Positions 8,727-18,770 of a stretch of 64,000 nt of DNA are shown here, piece by piece (position 1 is the first letter of the stretch; every line of letters starts with the position of its first letter). The stretch lies in the NCBI GenBank assembly GCA_046758905.1, contig JBHIBC010000007.1:2290-66289 (forward strand). Reading direction: 5' to 3'. The position numbers were made by a program, and so were the translations under genes. The stretch comes from Acidobacteriota bacterium. Its GTDB lineage: Bacteria > Acidobacteriota > Polarisedimenticolia > Gp22-AA2. Under the pieces are notes generated by a model, which saw only the letters and a program-made list of their open reading frames with translations, searched no databases and had not been told where the DNA came from.

Positions 8727-10955
8727 TCAGATCCTCTCCAGCGGCGCGTAGCGCGGGAGGAATTTCTTCGAGCCGTACATGGAGAACGACACCGTCAGCT
8801 TCAACGTGTCCCCTCGCCCCTCGACGCCGATCACGGTCCCGACCCCGTACTCGGGGTGATGGACCTTGCACCCGAGGGTGTATGCGTCCTGCCCGTCCGC
8901 GCCCGCGTCGTCCTGCGGTCCCTCGGAGAGGAGCCCCGCCCCGGGCGGGCGGGCTCCCGACGCCCGGCCCGCGCGCCGTCGCCCGGCACGGCGCCGCGCG
9001 ACCTCTCCGCCCGCGCCCGGCGACGCGCCCCACGAGGCGTCCTCGAGGTCCTCCCGGAGGAGGCGCGCCGGGATCTCCCGCAGGAAACGGGACGGCTCGG
9101 TCGGCCGGGGCTCCCCGAACAGGCGCCGCGACAGCGCCCGGCTCAGTATGAGCCGTCGGCCGGCGCGCGTCATGCCGACGTAGAACAGCCGCCGTTCCTC
9201 CTCGAGGTCGTCGTGCTCCTCCGCCGATCGGGCGTGCGGGAACAGGTCCTCCTCCAGCCCGACGACGAACACCACCGGGAACTCCAGGCCCTTGGCCGAG
9301 TGCAGCGTCATGAGGTTCATGCCCGGGCTGCCGCGCGCGTTCTCGGTCTCCGACAGCAGTGCGGCCCGGTCGAGGAAGGCCTGCAGGCCGGCCTCCAGGC
9401 CGTCGTATGCCGACACGGCGTTCACCAGCTCCTCCAGGTTCTCGACCCGGGCGGCGGCATCGCCGGGCGAGGTCGCCTCCAGGTAGGCGTCGAGCCGGGT
9501 GCGCCGGATGATCGCCGCGACCAGGCGGCTCGGTCCCAGCCGGCCCGCGTCGCCCCGGAGATCGGACATCAGATCCAGGAATGAGCGCAGGGCCCTCGAG
9601 GCCCGGGCGCCGACCCGTCCCTGCTCGACGCTCCTGCGGATCGCCTCCTCGAGCCCGAGGCCGCCCTCGCGGGCGACCTCGGAGACGGTCTCGAGCGTCG
9701 CCCTGCCGATGTCGCGCGGGGGCACGTTGACGATGCGGCGGAGGCTCACGTCGTCGCGCGGGTTGACGATCGCCCGCAGGTAGGCCAGCAGGTCGCGGAT
9801 CTCGCGCCGGTCGTAAAAGCGTGTCCCGCCGACGATCAGGTAGGGGAGGCCGGCCCGGGCCAGGGTCTCCTCGAGGGCGCGCGACTGCGCGTTGGTCCGG
9901 TAGAGGACCGCCATCTCCTGCAGGTCGTAGTCGCGGCGCAGCCCGATCGCCCGCCGGACGACGCGGTCCGCCTCGTGCCGCTCGTCGGCGGCGACCATCA
10001 GCTCGACCGGCTCCCCGGCCGGCGCGTCGCACCAGAGGCTCTTATCGATGCGGCTCACGTTGTTGCGGATCACCGCGGTGGCGGCCTGGAGGATGTTGCC
10101 GGTGGAGCGGTAGTTCTGCTCCAGCTTGATGACCCGGGTGCCGGGGAAGTCCTTCTCGAACGACAGGATGTTGTTGATATCGGCGAACCGGAAGCGGTAG
10201 ATCGACTGGTCAGGGTCCCCGACCGCGCAGACGTTGCCGTGCGCCGCCGCCAGGGCGCGGATCAGGCGATACTGCGGCGGGTTGGTGTCCTGGTACTCGT
10301 CGACCATCAGGTAACGCACCCGCGAGGCCACCTCGCGGGCGACGTCGGCGTGCGAGCGGAACAGCTCGAGGACCTGCCCGATCAGGTCGTCGAAGTCCAT
10401 CGCGTTGCAGTCCCGCAGCCGCTGCTGATAGAGCGCGTAGATCTTCGAGATGACCTCGTCCCGGAAGCTGTCGGAGGAGCGCTCGAGCGCGGCGGGGGTG
10501 AGCCCGCGGTTCTTGGCGTCGCTGATCCGGTGCCGGAGCATGCGCGGCGGGAAGGAGCCGTCGTCGAGCTTCAGCTCGGCGAGGCACGCCTTGAGGAGCG
10601 CGGTCTGGTCGGCCTCGTCGTAGACCTGGAAGTCGGCGCCGTAGCCGAGGAGGGGCGCCCGGACGCGCAGCAGCCTCAGGCACCAGGAATGGAAGGTGGA
10701 CACGTGCGCGCCGCCGTGATGCGCTCCGACCAGCGCGTCCACCCGCTCCTTCATCTCGCCGGCCGCCTTGTTGGTGAAGGTGACCGCCACCACCTCGTGC
10801 GCCGGCGCCAGGCGGCGGTCGAGGATGTAGGCCAGGCGGTGCACGATCACCCGGGTCTTTCCGGACCCCGCGCCGGCCACGATCAGCAGCGGCCCCTCGG
10901 TCTGCTCCACCGCCTCGCGCTGGGGCGGATTGAGCGGCTCGAGCACTCGATCCAT
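8727..10955 (-). CDS. pcrA: ATP-dependent DNA helicase PcrA/UvrD
   Basis: AGAGSGKT, TFTNKAA, VDEYQDTN, VGDPDQSIY, LEQNYRST, TLHSAKGLEF, EEERRLFYVGMTRA, and C-terminal Tudor-like HPEYGVG. Confidence 0.97.
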   Translation of the reverse strand: MDRVLEPLNPPQREAVEQTEGPLLIVAGAGSGKTRVIVHRLAYILDRRLAPAHEVVAVTFTNKAAGEMKERVDALVGAHHGGAHVSTFHSWCLRLLRVRAPLLGYGADFQVYDEADQTALLKACLAELKLDDGSFPPRMLRHRISDAKNRGLTPAALERSSDSFRDEVISKIYALYQQRLRDCNAMDFDDLIGQVLELFRSHADVAREVASRVRYLMVDEYQDTNPPQYRLIRALAAAHGNVCAVGDPDQSIYRFRFADINNILSFEKDFPGTRVIKLEQNYRSTGNILQAATAVIRNNVSRIDKSLWCDAPAGEPVELMVAADERHEADRVVRRAIGLRRDYDLQEMAVLYRTNAQSRALEETLARAGLPYLIVGGTRFYDRREIRDLLAYLRAIVNPRDDVSLRRIVNVPPRDIGRATLETVSEVAREGGLGLEEAIRRSVEQGRVGARASRALRSFLDLMSDLRGDAGRLGPSRLVAAIIRRTRLDAYLEATSPGDAAARVENLEELVNAVSAYDGLEAGLQAFLDRAALLSETENARGSPGMNLMTLHSAKGLEFPVVFVVGLEEDLFPHARSAEEHDDLEEERRLFYVGMTRAGRRLILSRALSRRLFGEPRPTEPSRFLREIPARLLREDLEDASWGASPGAGGEVARRRAGRRRAGRASGARPPGAGLLSEGPQDDAGADGQDAYTLGCKVHHPEYGVGTVIGVEGRGDTLKLTVSFSMYGSKKFLPRYAPLERI

Positions 10956-11027
10956 GGCGTGGATTATCGCACAGCGCTCCGCGGGGCGCGGCTCTCGGCC
11001 TTCGGCGTCGCGAGGGAGGCGGCCCGC

Positions 11028-12866
11028 CTACTCGACCGTGACCGACTTGGCGAGGTTGCGCGGCTGGTCGACGTCGCAGCCGCGCCGCAGGGCGATGTGG
11101 TAGGCGAGGAGCTGGAGCGGCACGGCGGCGAGGATCGGCGTGAGGAGGTCGGAGGTGCGCGGGACCCCGATGACGGTCGGGAAGCGGCGCGTCGCCTCCT
11201 CGGTGCCCTCGTGGGTCACCAGGATGACGGTGCCGTCCCGGGCCTGCACCTCCTCGATGTTGGCCATCATCTTGTCGTAGAGCATGTCGCCGAACACCAG
11301 CGCGACCACCGGCATGCTCCGGTCGATCAGGGCGATCGGCCCGTGCTTCATCTCGCCGGCGGGGTAGCCCTCCGCGTGGATGTAGGAGATCTCCTTCAGC
11401 TTGAGGGCCCCCTCGAGCGCGATCGGGTAGTTGATGCCGCGGCCGAGGTAGAGGAAGTCCCCGGCCCGGTAGAAGTCCTTGGCGATCTCCTCGACCTTCG
11501 CATCGAGCGCCAGGGCCTGCTCGACCTGGTTCGGGATGCGCAGCAGAGCCTCGATCTGCCGCCGGCACTCGTCCGGCGGGAGCGTCCCGCGGATCAGCCC
11601 CGCGTGCAGCGCGAACAGATGCAGCGCCGCGATCTGCGCGGTGAACGCCTTGGTCGAGGCCACGCCGATCTCCGGCCCCGCGTGCGTGTGGATCACCCCC
11701 TGCGCCTCCCGCGTCACCATCGAGCCGACCACGTTGCAGATGGCCAGGGTCTTCACCCCGCGTCGGATCGCTTCGCGCTGCGCGGCCAGCGTATCCGCCG
11801 TCTCTCCCGACTGGCTGATCACCATGACCAGGTGGTCCTCCTCCAGGATGGGATCCCGATAGCGGAACTCGGAGCCTATGTCCACCTCCACCGGCAGCCG
11901 CGCGAGCCTCTCGATCATGAACTTGCCGACCAGGGCCGCGTGCCAGGAGGTCCCGCAGGCGACCAGGTGTAGCTTGCGGCAGCGGCGGAACTCCCGGTCG
12001 CTGATCTCCATCTCGTCCAGGAAGATCCGGCCGGTCTCCTGCGACACGCGCCCGAGGAGGGTGTCGCGGATCGCCCGCGGCTGCTCGTAGATCTCCTTCA
12101 GCATGAAATGCTTGAACCCGGCCTTCTCGGCCATGATCGGGTCCCAGGTGATGCGCTGGATGGTCTTGGAGACCGGCGATCCGGCCTGGTCGGTGATCAT
12201 CACGCCGCCTTCGGTGACCACCGCCAGCTCCCGATCGTCCAGGAAGAACATGTCGCGCGTGTGGTGCAGGATGGCGGGGATGTCGGAGGCCACGAAGTAC
12301 TCGTCCTTGCCCAGACCGACGACCAGCGGAGGACCGTTGCGGGCCGCGACGATCTTCTGCGGGTCGCGCGACGACACCGCCGCGAAGGCGTAGGAACCCT
12401 GCAGCCTGGGGACCGCCCGGCGCACGCCCTCCTCCAGCGGCAGTGCCAGCGACGTACGCGCCTGCTCGATGAGGTGGGCGATCACCTCGGTGTCGGTCTC
12501 AGTCTTGAACTTGTGGCCCGCGGCCGAAAGCTCCCGCTTGAGGTCCTTGTAGTTCTCGATGATCCCGTTGTGGACGACGACCAGGGACCCGGTGCAATCG
12601 CGATGGGGGTGGGCGTTCTCCTCCGTGGGCCGGCCGTGCGTCGCCCAGCGGGTGTGCCCCAGGCCGAACGACCCGTCGAGGTCCGTGAGCCGCAGGCTCT
12701 CCTCGAGGTCCCGCAGCTTGCCGGCGCTGCGGACCACGTTGATGTCCGACCCGTCGATGACCGCGATTCCGGCGGAGTCGTAGCCGCGGTACTCCAGACG
12801 CCGCAGCCCGTCCAGCAGGACGGTGCTCACGTTCTGGTGTCCGATGTATCCGATGATCCCGCACAT
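11028..12866 (-). CDS. glmS: Glutamine--fructose-6-phosphate transaminase (isomerizing)
   Basis: N-terminal [38 protein letters not shown]-terminal [11 protein letters not shown]. Confidence 0.98.
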   Translation of the reverse strand: MCGIIGYIGHQNVSTVLLDGLRRLEYRGYDSAGIAVIDGSDINVVRSAGKLRDLEESLRLTDLDGSFGLGHTRWATHGRPTEENAHPHRDCTGSLVVVHNGIIENYKDLKRELSAAGHKFKTETDTEVIAHLIEQARTSLALPLEEGVRRAVPRLQGSYAFAAVSSRDPQKIVAARNGPPLVVGLGKDEYFVASDIPAILHHTRDMFFLDDRELAVVTEGGVMITDQAGSPVSKTIQRITWDPIMAEKAGFKHFMLKEIYEQPRAIRDTLLGRVSQETGRIFLDEMEISDREFRRCRKLHLVACGTSWHAALVGKFMIERLARLPVEVDIGSEFRYRDPILEEDHLVMVISQSGETADTLAAQREAIRRGVKTLAICNVVGSMVTREAQGVIHTHAGPEIGVASTKAFTAQIAALHLFALHAGLIRGTLPPDECRRQIEALLRIPNQVEQALALDAKVEEIAKDFYRAGDFLYLGRGINYPIALEGALKLKEISYIHAEGYPAGEMKHGPIALIDRSMPVVALVFGDMLYDKMMANIEEVQARDGTVILVTHEGTEEATRRFPTVIGVPRTSDLLTPILAAVPLQLLAYHIALRRGCDVDQPRNLAKSVTVE

Positions 12867-12971
12867 GTCCGTCTCGAATATAAGCCGGGTGGGCCCTGCC
12901 CGCCAAGCCGTCCCTCGCGGGGGGCGCCGGCGGCGGGGACGCGCCGCCGGGAGGGGGCCCGGAGCGCGCCC

Positions 12972-14867
12972 TCAGTCTCGGCCCGGCCGGGACTTGTTCC
13001 TGCGTGCTAAGGGGCCGAACCGCCGGGCCCAGTCCTCCTTCATCTCCTGGCGGCCGCGGGCGATCGCCAGCGCATGGGCGGGAACATCCTTGGTGATGGT
13101 CGACCCCGCGGCGACGAAGGCGCCGCGCCGCAGGCGCACCGGGGCGACCAGCTGGGTATCGCTGCCGATGAAGACCTCGTCCTCGATCACGGTGCGGTGC
13201 TTGGACACGCCGTCGTAGTTGCAGGTGATCGTCCCGGCGCCGATGTTCGCGTCCCGACCGACCTCGACGTCCCCGAGGTAGGCGAGGTGGTTCGCCTTGC
13301 TGCCGCGACCGATCCGCGCCTTCTTGGTCTCGACGAAGTTGCCGATGCGCGCCGACTCCTCCAGCAGGGTCTCGGGCCGCATGTGAGCGAACGGGCCGAC
13401 CCGGCAGGACCTGCCGATCTGCGCCTCCGTAATGACCGAATAGGGAAGGATGACCGTCCCATCTCCCACCGACGATCCCGCGATCCGGCAGCCGGTCCCG
13501 ATGAGCACGCCCTCGCCGATGCCGGTCCGGCCTAGGAGCAGGACGCCGGGCTCGATGACGGTGTCGCGGCCGACGCGCACGTCCGCGTCGACATACGTGG
13601 TCTCCGGGTCGAGCAGCGTCACCCCGGACGCCATCAGCGACTCGGCCTTGCGCCGGTACAGGGCCCGCGATGCGGTCGCGAGCTCCCGCCGGTCGTTGAC
13701 GCCGAGCACCTCGGTCGGCTCGCAATGCCGGTACGCCGCGACCTTGCGCCCCTCGCGCCTCAGGATCTCCACCAGGTCGGTGAGGTAGATCTCCCGCTGG
13801 GCGTTGTCGCGCGTGGCGCGCCGGAGCGGTCGGAACAGGTGCTGGGCGTCGATGCAGTAGATGCCGCAGTTGATCTCCTGCGTGGCCCGCTCCTCGAGGG
13901 TGGCGTCGGGCTCCTCGACGATGCGCGAGAGGTCGCCGGCGTAGTTCCGGAGCACCCGGCCGTATCCGGTCGGGTCGTCGACGACGGTCGTCAGCAGGCT
14001 CATCGGGGCGCCCGAGTCCCGGTGGAACTCGAGGAAGGCCTTCAGGGTCTCCGGGCGCAGGGCCGGAAGGTCGCCGTTCAGGATCAGCACGTGACCCTGG
14101 TGGCCGTGGAGCTGCCGCTCGGCGGCGAGCACGGCATGGCCCGTGCCGTGCTGGTCCTTCTGGAACGCGAAGGCGATCGACTTGTCGTCCTCGCCCACCG
14201 CGCGCCGCACCTCGTCGGCCTGGTTGCCGATGACGACGACCGTGCGCGCAGCCCCCGCCGTCCTGGAGGTCTCAACCACGTGCCGCACCATCGGCCGGCC
14301 GGCGATGATGTGCAGCAACTTGGAGGTGCGGGACCGCATCCGCTTGCCTAGGCCCGCCGCCAGGATCACCGTGCAGACCTCCCGGGTCCTGGCGGGGGCG
14401 GCGACCCGCCTTCCGGCCTCGTTCGCCGTCGGCGGGATCGGCGCGACGGGCCGGAGGGGATAGGGGGTCGGGGGGGATCCGGGGGCCGTCGGCCTGGTGC
14501 CCATCCGGAGAGGGCCGTTGCCCGGGCCTCCGGCGGCGGCTCCCGGCCCGGGCCCCGGCCGCGGGTCGGGCGGCCTGCGGGAGTTCGCGCGCCCCTGATA
14601 GGTCCGGAAGATGGGCCTGAGCGGAGGCGGTGCCGGATTCGGGCGCCCGGCCGCCCCGAGCGGCAGGCGGGCGGTCCGTCTCGCGGCGGCCCGGCGTCCG
14701 GCGGCTGGCGCCCGCTTCGCTGACGCTCTCCGGCGGGCGCGCGGGACCGGCCTCCTCGGCCGGGCCCGGGCCGGGCGGCGACGACGCCTCGGCTTCCCGC
14801 CCGTCGGGCGGCGGGACCTCCTCCGGGCGCCCTTCCCGGCCACTGTGCGGCGTCGTCTCGCGCTCAC
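12972..14867 (-). CDS. glmU: Bifunctional UDP-GlcNAc pyrophosphorylase/GlcN-1-P acetyltransferase, with possible Arg/Pro-rich N-terminal extension
   Basis: Core starts near 14381: VILAAGLGKRM, GTGHA, GYGR, EINCGIY, GVNDR, hexapeptide repeats, KANHLAYLGD, NYDG. The start is uncertain: GTG 14867 has a GGGGAG RBS, ATG 14504 has none. Confidence 0.93.
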   Translation of the reverse strand: MSARRRRTVAGKGARRRSRRPTGGKPRRRRRPARARPRRPVPRARRRASAKRAPAAGRRAAARRTARLPLGAAGRPNPAPPPLRPIFRTYQGRANSRRPPDPRPGPGPGAAAGGPGNGPLRMGTRPTAPGSPPTPYPLRPVAPIPPTANEAGRRVAAPARTREVCTVILAAGLGKRMRSRTSKLLHIIAGRPMVRHVVETSRTAGAARTVVVIGNQADEVRRAVGEDDKSIAFAFQKDQHGTGHAVLAAERQLHGHQGHVLILNGDLPALRPETLKAFLEFHRDSGAPMSLLTTVVDDPTGYGRVLRNYAGDLSRIVEEPDATLEERATQEINCGIYCIDAQHLFRPLRRATRDNAQREIYLTDLVEILRREGRKVAAYRHCEPTEVLGVNDRRELATASRALYRRKAESLMASGVTLLDPETTYVDADVRVGRDTVIEPGVLLLGRTGIGEGVLIGTGCRIAGSSVGDGTVILPYSVITEAQIGRSCRVGPFAHMRPETLLEESARIGNFVETKKARIGRGSKANHLAYLGDVEVGRDANIGAGTITCNYDGVSKHRTVIEDEVFIGSDTQLVAPVRLRRGAFVAAGSTITKDVPAHALAIARGRQEMKEDWARRFGPLARRNKSRPGRD

Positions 14868-14889
14868 GGCGATCGCTCCCCCGGCGGGG

Positions 14890-15444
14890 CTAGACCTCCT
14901 CGGGGTAGATCAGGTCCTGAAAAGCCTCGTCATCCCGCAGCGGCTCGAAGTCGGGGTCGTTTCGCGCGTAGATCCGGTTGATGGGATTGAGCTCCACCGC
15001 CTCGTGGAGGTGCTTGAGGGCCTCTTGACGCTCCCCTTTGAGCGCCAGCGTGGAGGCCATGACGTACAGGACCTTCTCGTCCCTTGGATTGCCCTGCAGG
15101 GCCTTGCCCAAAAAGCCCACCGCCCCGTCGTAGTCGGCCTCGTTGGCCCGCATCACCCCGTGGTAGAAGAGCTCGTGAGGCTTCCTGGGCTGCACCGCGT
15201 TCTTATCGAGCTGTCCCCGGCAAACGCGGATGTAGATGTTGGCCCGGTCGACGAGCTCCTTCTCGCGCGGGTGGGATCTGGCTATCCCCTGAAATCTCTC
15301 CAGCGCCTCCGAATAGTTCCGGCGATGCAGGAAGCCCAGAGCGCGCTCGAAGTCCTTGAGAGCCCTGTCCTCGATGTCCCAGGCGTTGCTGCTCTTCAGC
15401 GCGACCCCGCGCGTCTTACCCGATTTCCTGGCTGGCTTTTTCAT
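14890..15444 (-). CDS. Tetratricopeptide-repeat protein
   Basis: Helical TPR-like repeats (YSEALERF, YDGAVGFLGKAL, EALKHLHEAVELNP) and C-terminal ARNDPDFEPLR. GGAG RBS. Confidence 0.8.
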   Translation of the reverse strand: MKKPARKSGKTRGVALKSSNAWDIEDRALKDFERALGFLHRRNYSEALERFQGIARSHPREKELVDRANIYIRVCRGQLDKNAVQPRKPHELFYHGVMRANEADYDGAVGFLGKALQGNPRDEKVLYVMASTLALKGERQEALKHLHEAVELNPINRIYARNDPDFEPLRDDEAFQDLIYPEEV

Positions 15445-15557
15445 GGATCTCCGTTCGCTACCCGGCCGCGAAACTCCGGTGGGCGGCTGCGGACCCTTCC
15501 GCAGCGGTTCGGAAGAAGTTGAAACCTCCAGGGAGGATAATGACTTACGAGGAGAGG

Positions 15558-15587
15558 ATGGTAGCAGATGGTATCTTAGGGTGTCAA
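15558..15587 (-). promoter_or_regulatory. Sigma70-type promoter for TPR-glmU
   Basis: Minus strand TTGACA-18 nt-TACCAT. Confidence 0.55.
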
Positions 15588-15703
15588 CGCGCGCGCCTGA
15601 AGGAGCCCGTCCGGGGCTCGGCCAGGCCGGACAGGCCTGGGGCGGCTCGGGATGCGGCCCCCCCGCCGCCGCGAGGGAGGGACGATCCCCACGCTGTCAT
15701 GCC

Positions 15704-15728
15704 CAAGTCATTGAATATAAGAGACTTG
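15704..15728. promoter_or_regulatory. AT-rich inverted repeat / IHF-like site
   Basis: CAAGTC-13 nt-GACTTG. CAAGTCATTGAAT matches YAANNNNTTGATW with one mismatch. Confidence 0.45.
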
Positions 15729-15754
15729 TTTGCAGTCCCGTGAGCGAGCCCGAG

Positions 15755-16255
15755 ATGGTGTTCATCGGCCTAGGCTCGAACCTCGGAGACCGGAGCGGCT
15801 CGCTGCGGGCCGCGATCGGGGCCCTGGAGGCGGTGGGGGTGCGCTCCCGCCTGAGGTCCTCCGTGTACCGAGCCGACCCGGTCGAGGTCTTGAACCAGGG
15901 GGAGTTCCTGAACCAGGTCATCGGCTGCGAGGCCGCGCGGCGCCCCGAGGACCTGCTGGAGATCTGCTCCTCGATCGAGCGCGCCATGGGGCGGGTTCGG
16001 AGGCGCAAGGGGGGTCCGAGGGTCATCGATCTCGACATCCTGCTGCAAGGCGACCTGGTGCGCAACGACGGCCAGCTCGTCCTGCCCCACCCAAGGATGC
16101 ACCTCCGGAGGTTCGTCCTGCTGCCGCTTGCCGAGATCGCGCCGGGCGTCCGGCACCCGATCCTGAAGCGGTCCGTCCGGGAGCTGCTGGAGCGTTGCCC
16201 GGACCGGTCGCGCGTCGAGCGGATCGTTGCGCCGTTCGGCCGGGGGCGGCTATAA
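15755..16255 (+). CDS. folK: 2-amino-4-hydroxy-6-hydroxymethyldihydropteridine diphosphokinase
   Basis: VFIGLGSNLG, FLNQV, GPRVIDLDILL, LPHPRMHLRRFVL. Alternative GTG at 15740. Confidence 0.96.
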   Translation: MVFIGLGSNLGDRSGSLRAAIGALEAVGVRSRLRSSVYRADPVEVLNQGEFLNQVIGCEAARRPEDLLEICSSIERAMGRVRRRKGGPRVIDLDILLQGDLVRNDGQLVLPHPRMHLRRFVLLPLAEIAPGVRHPILKRSVRELLERCPDRSRVERIVAPFGRGRL

Positions 16256-16256
16256 T
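16227..16256 (+). promoter_or_regulatory. Sigma70 promoter inside folK 3' end, for the kinase-pan genes
   Basis: TTGCGC-18 nt-TATAAT, with the -10 box overlapping the folK stop. Confidence 0.5.
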
Positions 16257-16283
16257 GCGCGCCTTTCCGTCGGACAGAGGGGG

Positions 16284-16943
16284 ATGAATTTCAAGTTCGT
16301 CGCCGTCGAGGGCGCTATCGGCGTCGGCAAGACGACGCTCGTCGATTTCCTCGCGGAGAGGCTGGACGCCCGCAAGGTGCTCGAGAACGTCGACAATCCC
16401 TTCCTGGAGGACTTCTATCAGGACCGTCCCGGGGCGGCCTTCCAGTGCCAGCTGTTCTTCCTGCTCAGCCGTTTCCGCAGGCAGCAGGAGATGGCCCAGG
16501 GCAATCTGTTCAGGCAGTGTCTGGTGTGCGACTACATCTTCGCCAAGGACAAGATCTTCGCCTACCTGAACCTGAACGACTCCGAGCTCATGCTCTATGA
16601 GAAGCTGTACGGCCTGCTGGAGGAGCAGGTTCCGCACCCGGACCTGGTGATCTACCTGCAGGCGAGGGATGAGGTCCTGATGGAGAGGATCCGCCGCCGC
16701 CGGAGGGACTACGAGCGGGAGATCTCGGACGCCTATGTCCGCGAGCTGAACCGGGCCTATAATTACTTCTTCTTCCACTACAGCAGGACGCCGCTCCTGG
16801 TCATCGACACGTCGGACATCGATTTCGTGAAGAGCCGGGAGGACCTGGAGGAGGTGCTCCGCCAGATTCGGTCGATGCAGAGGGGCGTGCAGTACTACAA
16901 CCCGCTCGGATCCTCGAAGGGACCGGGATGGGCGCGATCGTAG
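16284..16943 (+). CDS. Deoxynucleoside kinase family protein
   Basis: AVEGAIGVGKTT, QLFFLLSR, DYIFAKD, PDLVIYLQA, YVRELNRAY. GAGGGG RBS. Confidence 0.93.
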   Translation: MNFKFVAVEGAIGVGKTTLVDFLAERLDARKVLENVDNPFLEDFYQDRPGAAFQCQLFFLLSRFRRQQEMAQGNLFRQCLVCDYIFAKDKIFAYLNLNDSELMLYEKLYGLLEEQVPHPDLVIYLQARDEVLMERIRRRRRDYEREISDAYVRELNRAYNYFFFHYSRTPLLVIDTSDIDFVKSREDLEEVLRQIRSMQRGVQYYNPLGSSKGPGWARS

Positions 16944-17023
16944 CCGCGCGCCGCTGACCTGCCCGCAGACCCGTTCCCCCTACCGGGGCCGGACCGTCCC
17001 CCGGAGGGGAGAAGGAGGTTCCC

Positions 17024-17908
17024 ATGAGCCACAGCCCGAGCGTCCCGCCCGCCTCTCCCGCGCCCGACAGGCCCGTGACCGTGCCCGACCTTCGCGCCGC
17101 CAAGTCCGGCGGCCGCCGGATCGTCATGCTGACCGCGTACGACCACCCCACGGCGCGGATCATAGACGCCGCCGGGGTCGATGTCCTGCTGGTCGGCGAC
17201 AGCGTGGCGAACAACGTCCTCGGCTATCCGAGCACCCTCCCCGTGACCATGGAGGAGATGCTGCACCATACGCGCGCCGTGGCCCGCGGCGCCCGGCGCG
17301 CCATGGTAGTGGCCGACATGCCCTACCTCTCCTATCAGACCGGGCGCCGGGACGCGATCCGCAACGCCGGCCGCTTCCTCAAGGAAGCCGGGGCGGCGGG
17401 GGTCAAGATCGAGGGAGGCCGCAGGCGCGCCGGCCTGGTGCGCGCCCTGGTGGGGGCGGAGATCCCCGTCATGGGGCACATCGGCCTCACCCCCCAGTCG
17501 CTCCACCTGATGGGCGGCTACCGGGTCCAGGGGAAGAGAGCCGAGGAGGCTCGGAGTCTGGTGGAGGACGCCCGCGCGCTCGAGGCGGCCGGCGCCTTCC
17601 TTCTGGTGCTGGAGGGGATGCCGGAGCCGGTCGGCCGCGCCGTGACCGAGGCGGTCCGGATCCCCACGGTCGGCATCGGAGCCGGACGTTACTGCGACGG
17701 CCAGGTGCTGGTCCTGCACGACCTGATCGGCCTGAGCCCGGGACCTTCGCCCCGGTTCGCGCGCCGCTACTGCGACGTCGGCGGGTCGATCGACGACGCC
17801 GTGCGCCGCTTCGCCCGGGACGTCCGGCAGGGCGCGTTCCCCTCCGAGTCGGAGGTGTACAGCGCGCCGTCCCCGCCCGGGCCTCGGGCCGGCCGGCCCG
17901 GTGGGTGA
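17024..17908 (+). CDS. panB: 3-methyl-2-oxobutanoate hydroxymethyltransferase
   Basis: MLTAYD, LVGDS, ADMPYLSY, VKIEGG, GHIGLTPQS, GIGAG, GQVLVLHD. Confidence 0.97.
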   Translation: MSHSPSVPPASPAPDRPVTVPDLRAAKSGGRRIVMLTAYDHPTARIIDAAGVDVLLVGDSVANNVLGYPSTLPVTMEEMLHHTRAVARGARRAMVVADMPYLSYQTGRRDAIRNAGRFLKEAGAAGVKIEGGRRRAGLVRALVGAEIPVMGHIGLTPQSLHLMGGYRVQGKRAEEARSLVEDARALEAAGAFLLVLEGMPEPVGRAVTEAVRIPTVGIGAGRYCDGQVLVLHDLIGLSPGPSPRFARRYCDVGGSIDDAVRRFARDVRQGAFPSESEVYSAPSPPGPRAGRPGG

Positions 17909-18761
17909 GCCGCAAGTGGAGATCGTCCGGACCCCGGCGCGGATGCGGGAGCGCTCCCGCGGCGCGCGCGCGGAGGGAAGACGGATCGCCCTGGTGCCCA
18001 CCATGGGCGCCCTGCACGACGGACACCTGTCCCTGGTGGCCCGCGCCCGCCGTGAGTGCGACCTCGTCGTCCTGAGCATCTACGTCAATCCCCTGCAGTT
18101 CGCCCCGTCGGAAGACTTCGACGCCTACCCGCGCGACCCGGCGCGCGACGCGGGGCTCGCCCGGGACGCGGGGGTCGGCATCGTGTTCGCGCCGGAGGAG
18201 GGCACGATCCACCTCCCGGATCACCGCACCTGGGTCGAGGTCGCGGGGATGCAGGACGCGCTGTGCGGGCGGGCCCGCCCGGGCCACTTCCGGGCGGTCA
18301 CCACGGTCGTCGCCAAGCTCCTGGCGATCGTCCGGCCGCACGCCGCGTACTTCGGCGAGAAGGACGCGCAGCAGCTGCGGATCATCCGACGCATGGCGCG
18401 CGACCTGCACGAGGAGGCGGCCATCGTCGCGTGCCCGACCGTGCGCGCCCCGGACGGGCTGGCGCTGTCGTCGCGCAACGCCTACCTGAGCCCGGAGGAG
18501 AGGCGCGCCGCCCCGGTGGTCTACCGCGCCCTGTGCGCGGCCGCCGACAGGGCCCGCGCGGGCGAGACCGACGCGCGTCGCGTGGAGCGGATCGCGCGGG
18601 AGATGATCGAGGCCGAGCCGCTCGCGCGGCTGGAGTACGTCGAGGCGGTGGACGACGCCACGCTCGAGCCGGTGCGCGATCTGAGGGGGCGGACGCTGCT
18701 GGCCGCGGCCGCGCGGTTCGGCCGCGCCCGGCTCATCGATAACGTGGTCCTCGGGGCCTGA
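17901..18761 (+). CDS. panC: Pantoate--beta-alanine ligase
   Basis: VPTMGALHDGHLSL, SIYVNPLQF, RPGHFRAV, FGEKDAQQ, GLALSSRN, RLIDN. Confidence 0.97.
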   Translation: MGEPQVEIVRTPARMRERSRGARAEGRRIALVPTMGALHDGHLSLVARARRECDLVVLSIYVNPLQFAPSEDFDAYPRDPARDAGLARDAGVGIVFAPEEGTIHLPDHRTWVEVAGMQDALCGRARPGHFRAVTTVVAKLLAIVRPHAAYFGEKDAQQLRIIRRMARDLHEEAAIVACPTVRAPDGLALSSRNAYLSPEERRAAPVVYRALCAAADRARAGETDARRVERIAREMIEAEPLARLEYVEAVDDATLEPVRDLRGRTLLAAAARFGRARLIDNVVLGA

Positions 18762-18770
18762 GACGCGGCC

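Noticed and set aside
12867-12971. glmS ribozyme upstream of glmS
   Set aside because: The 105-bp spacer is very GC-rich with a TATATT -10 candidate 10 nt from the ATG, leaving no room or recognisable core for the ribozyme.
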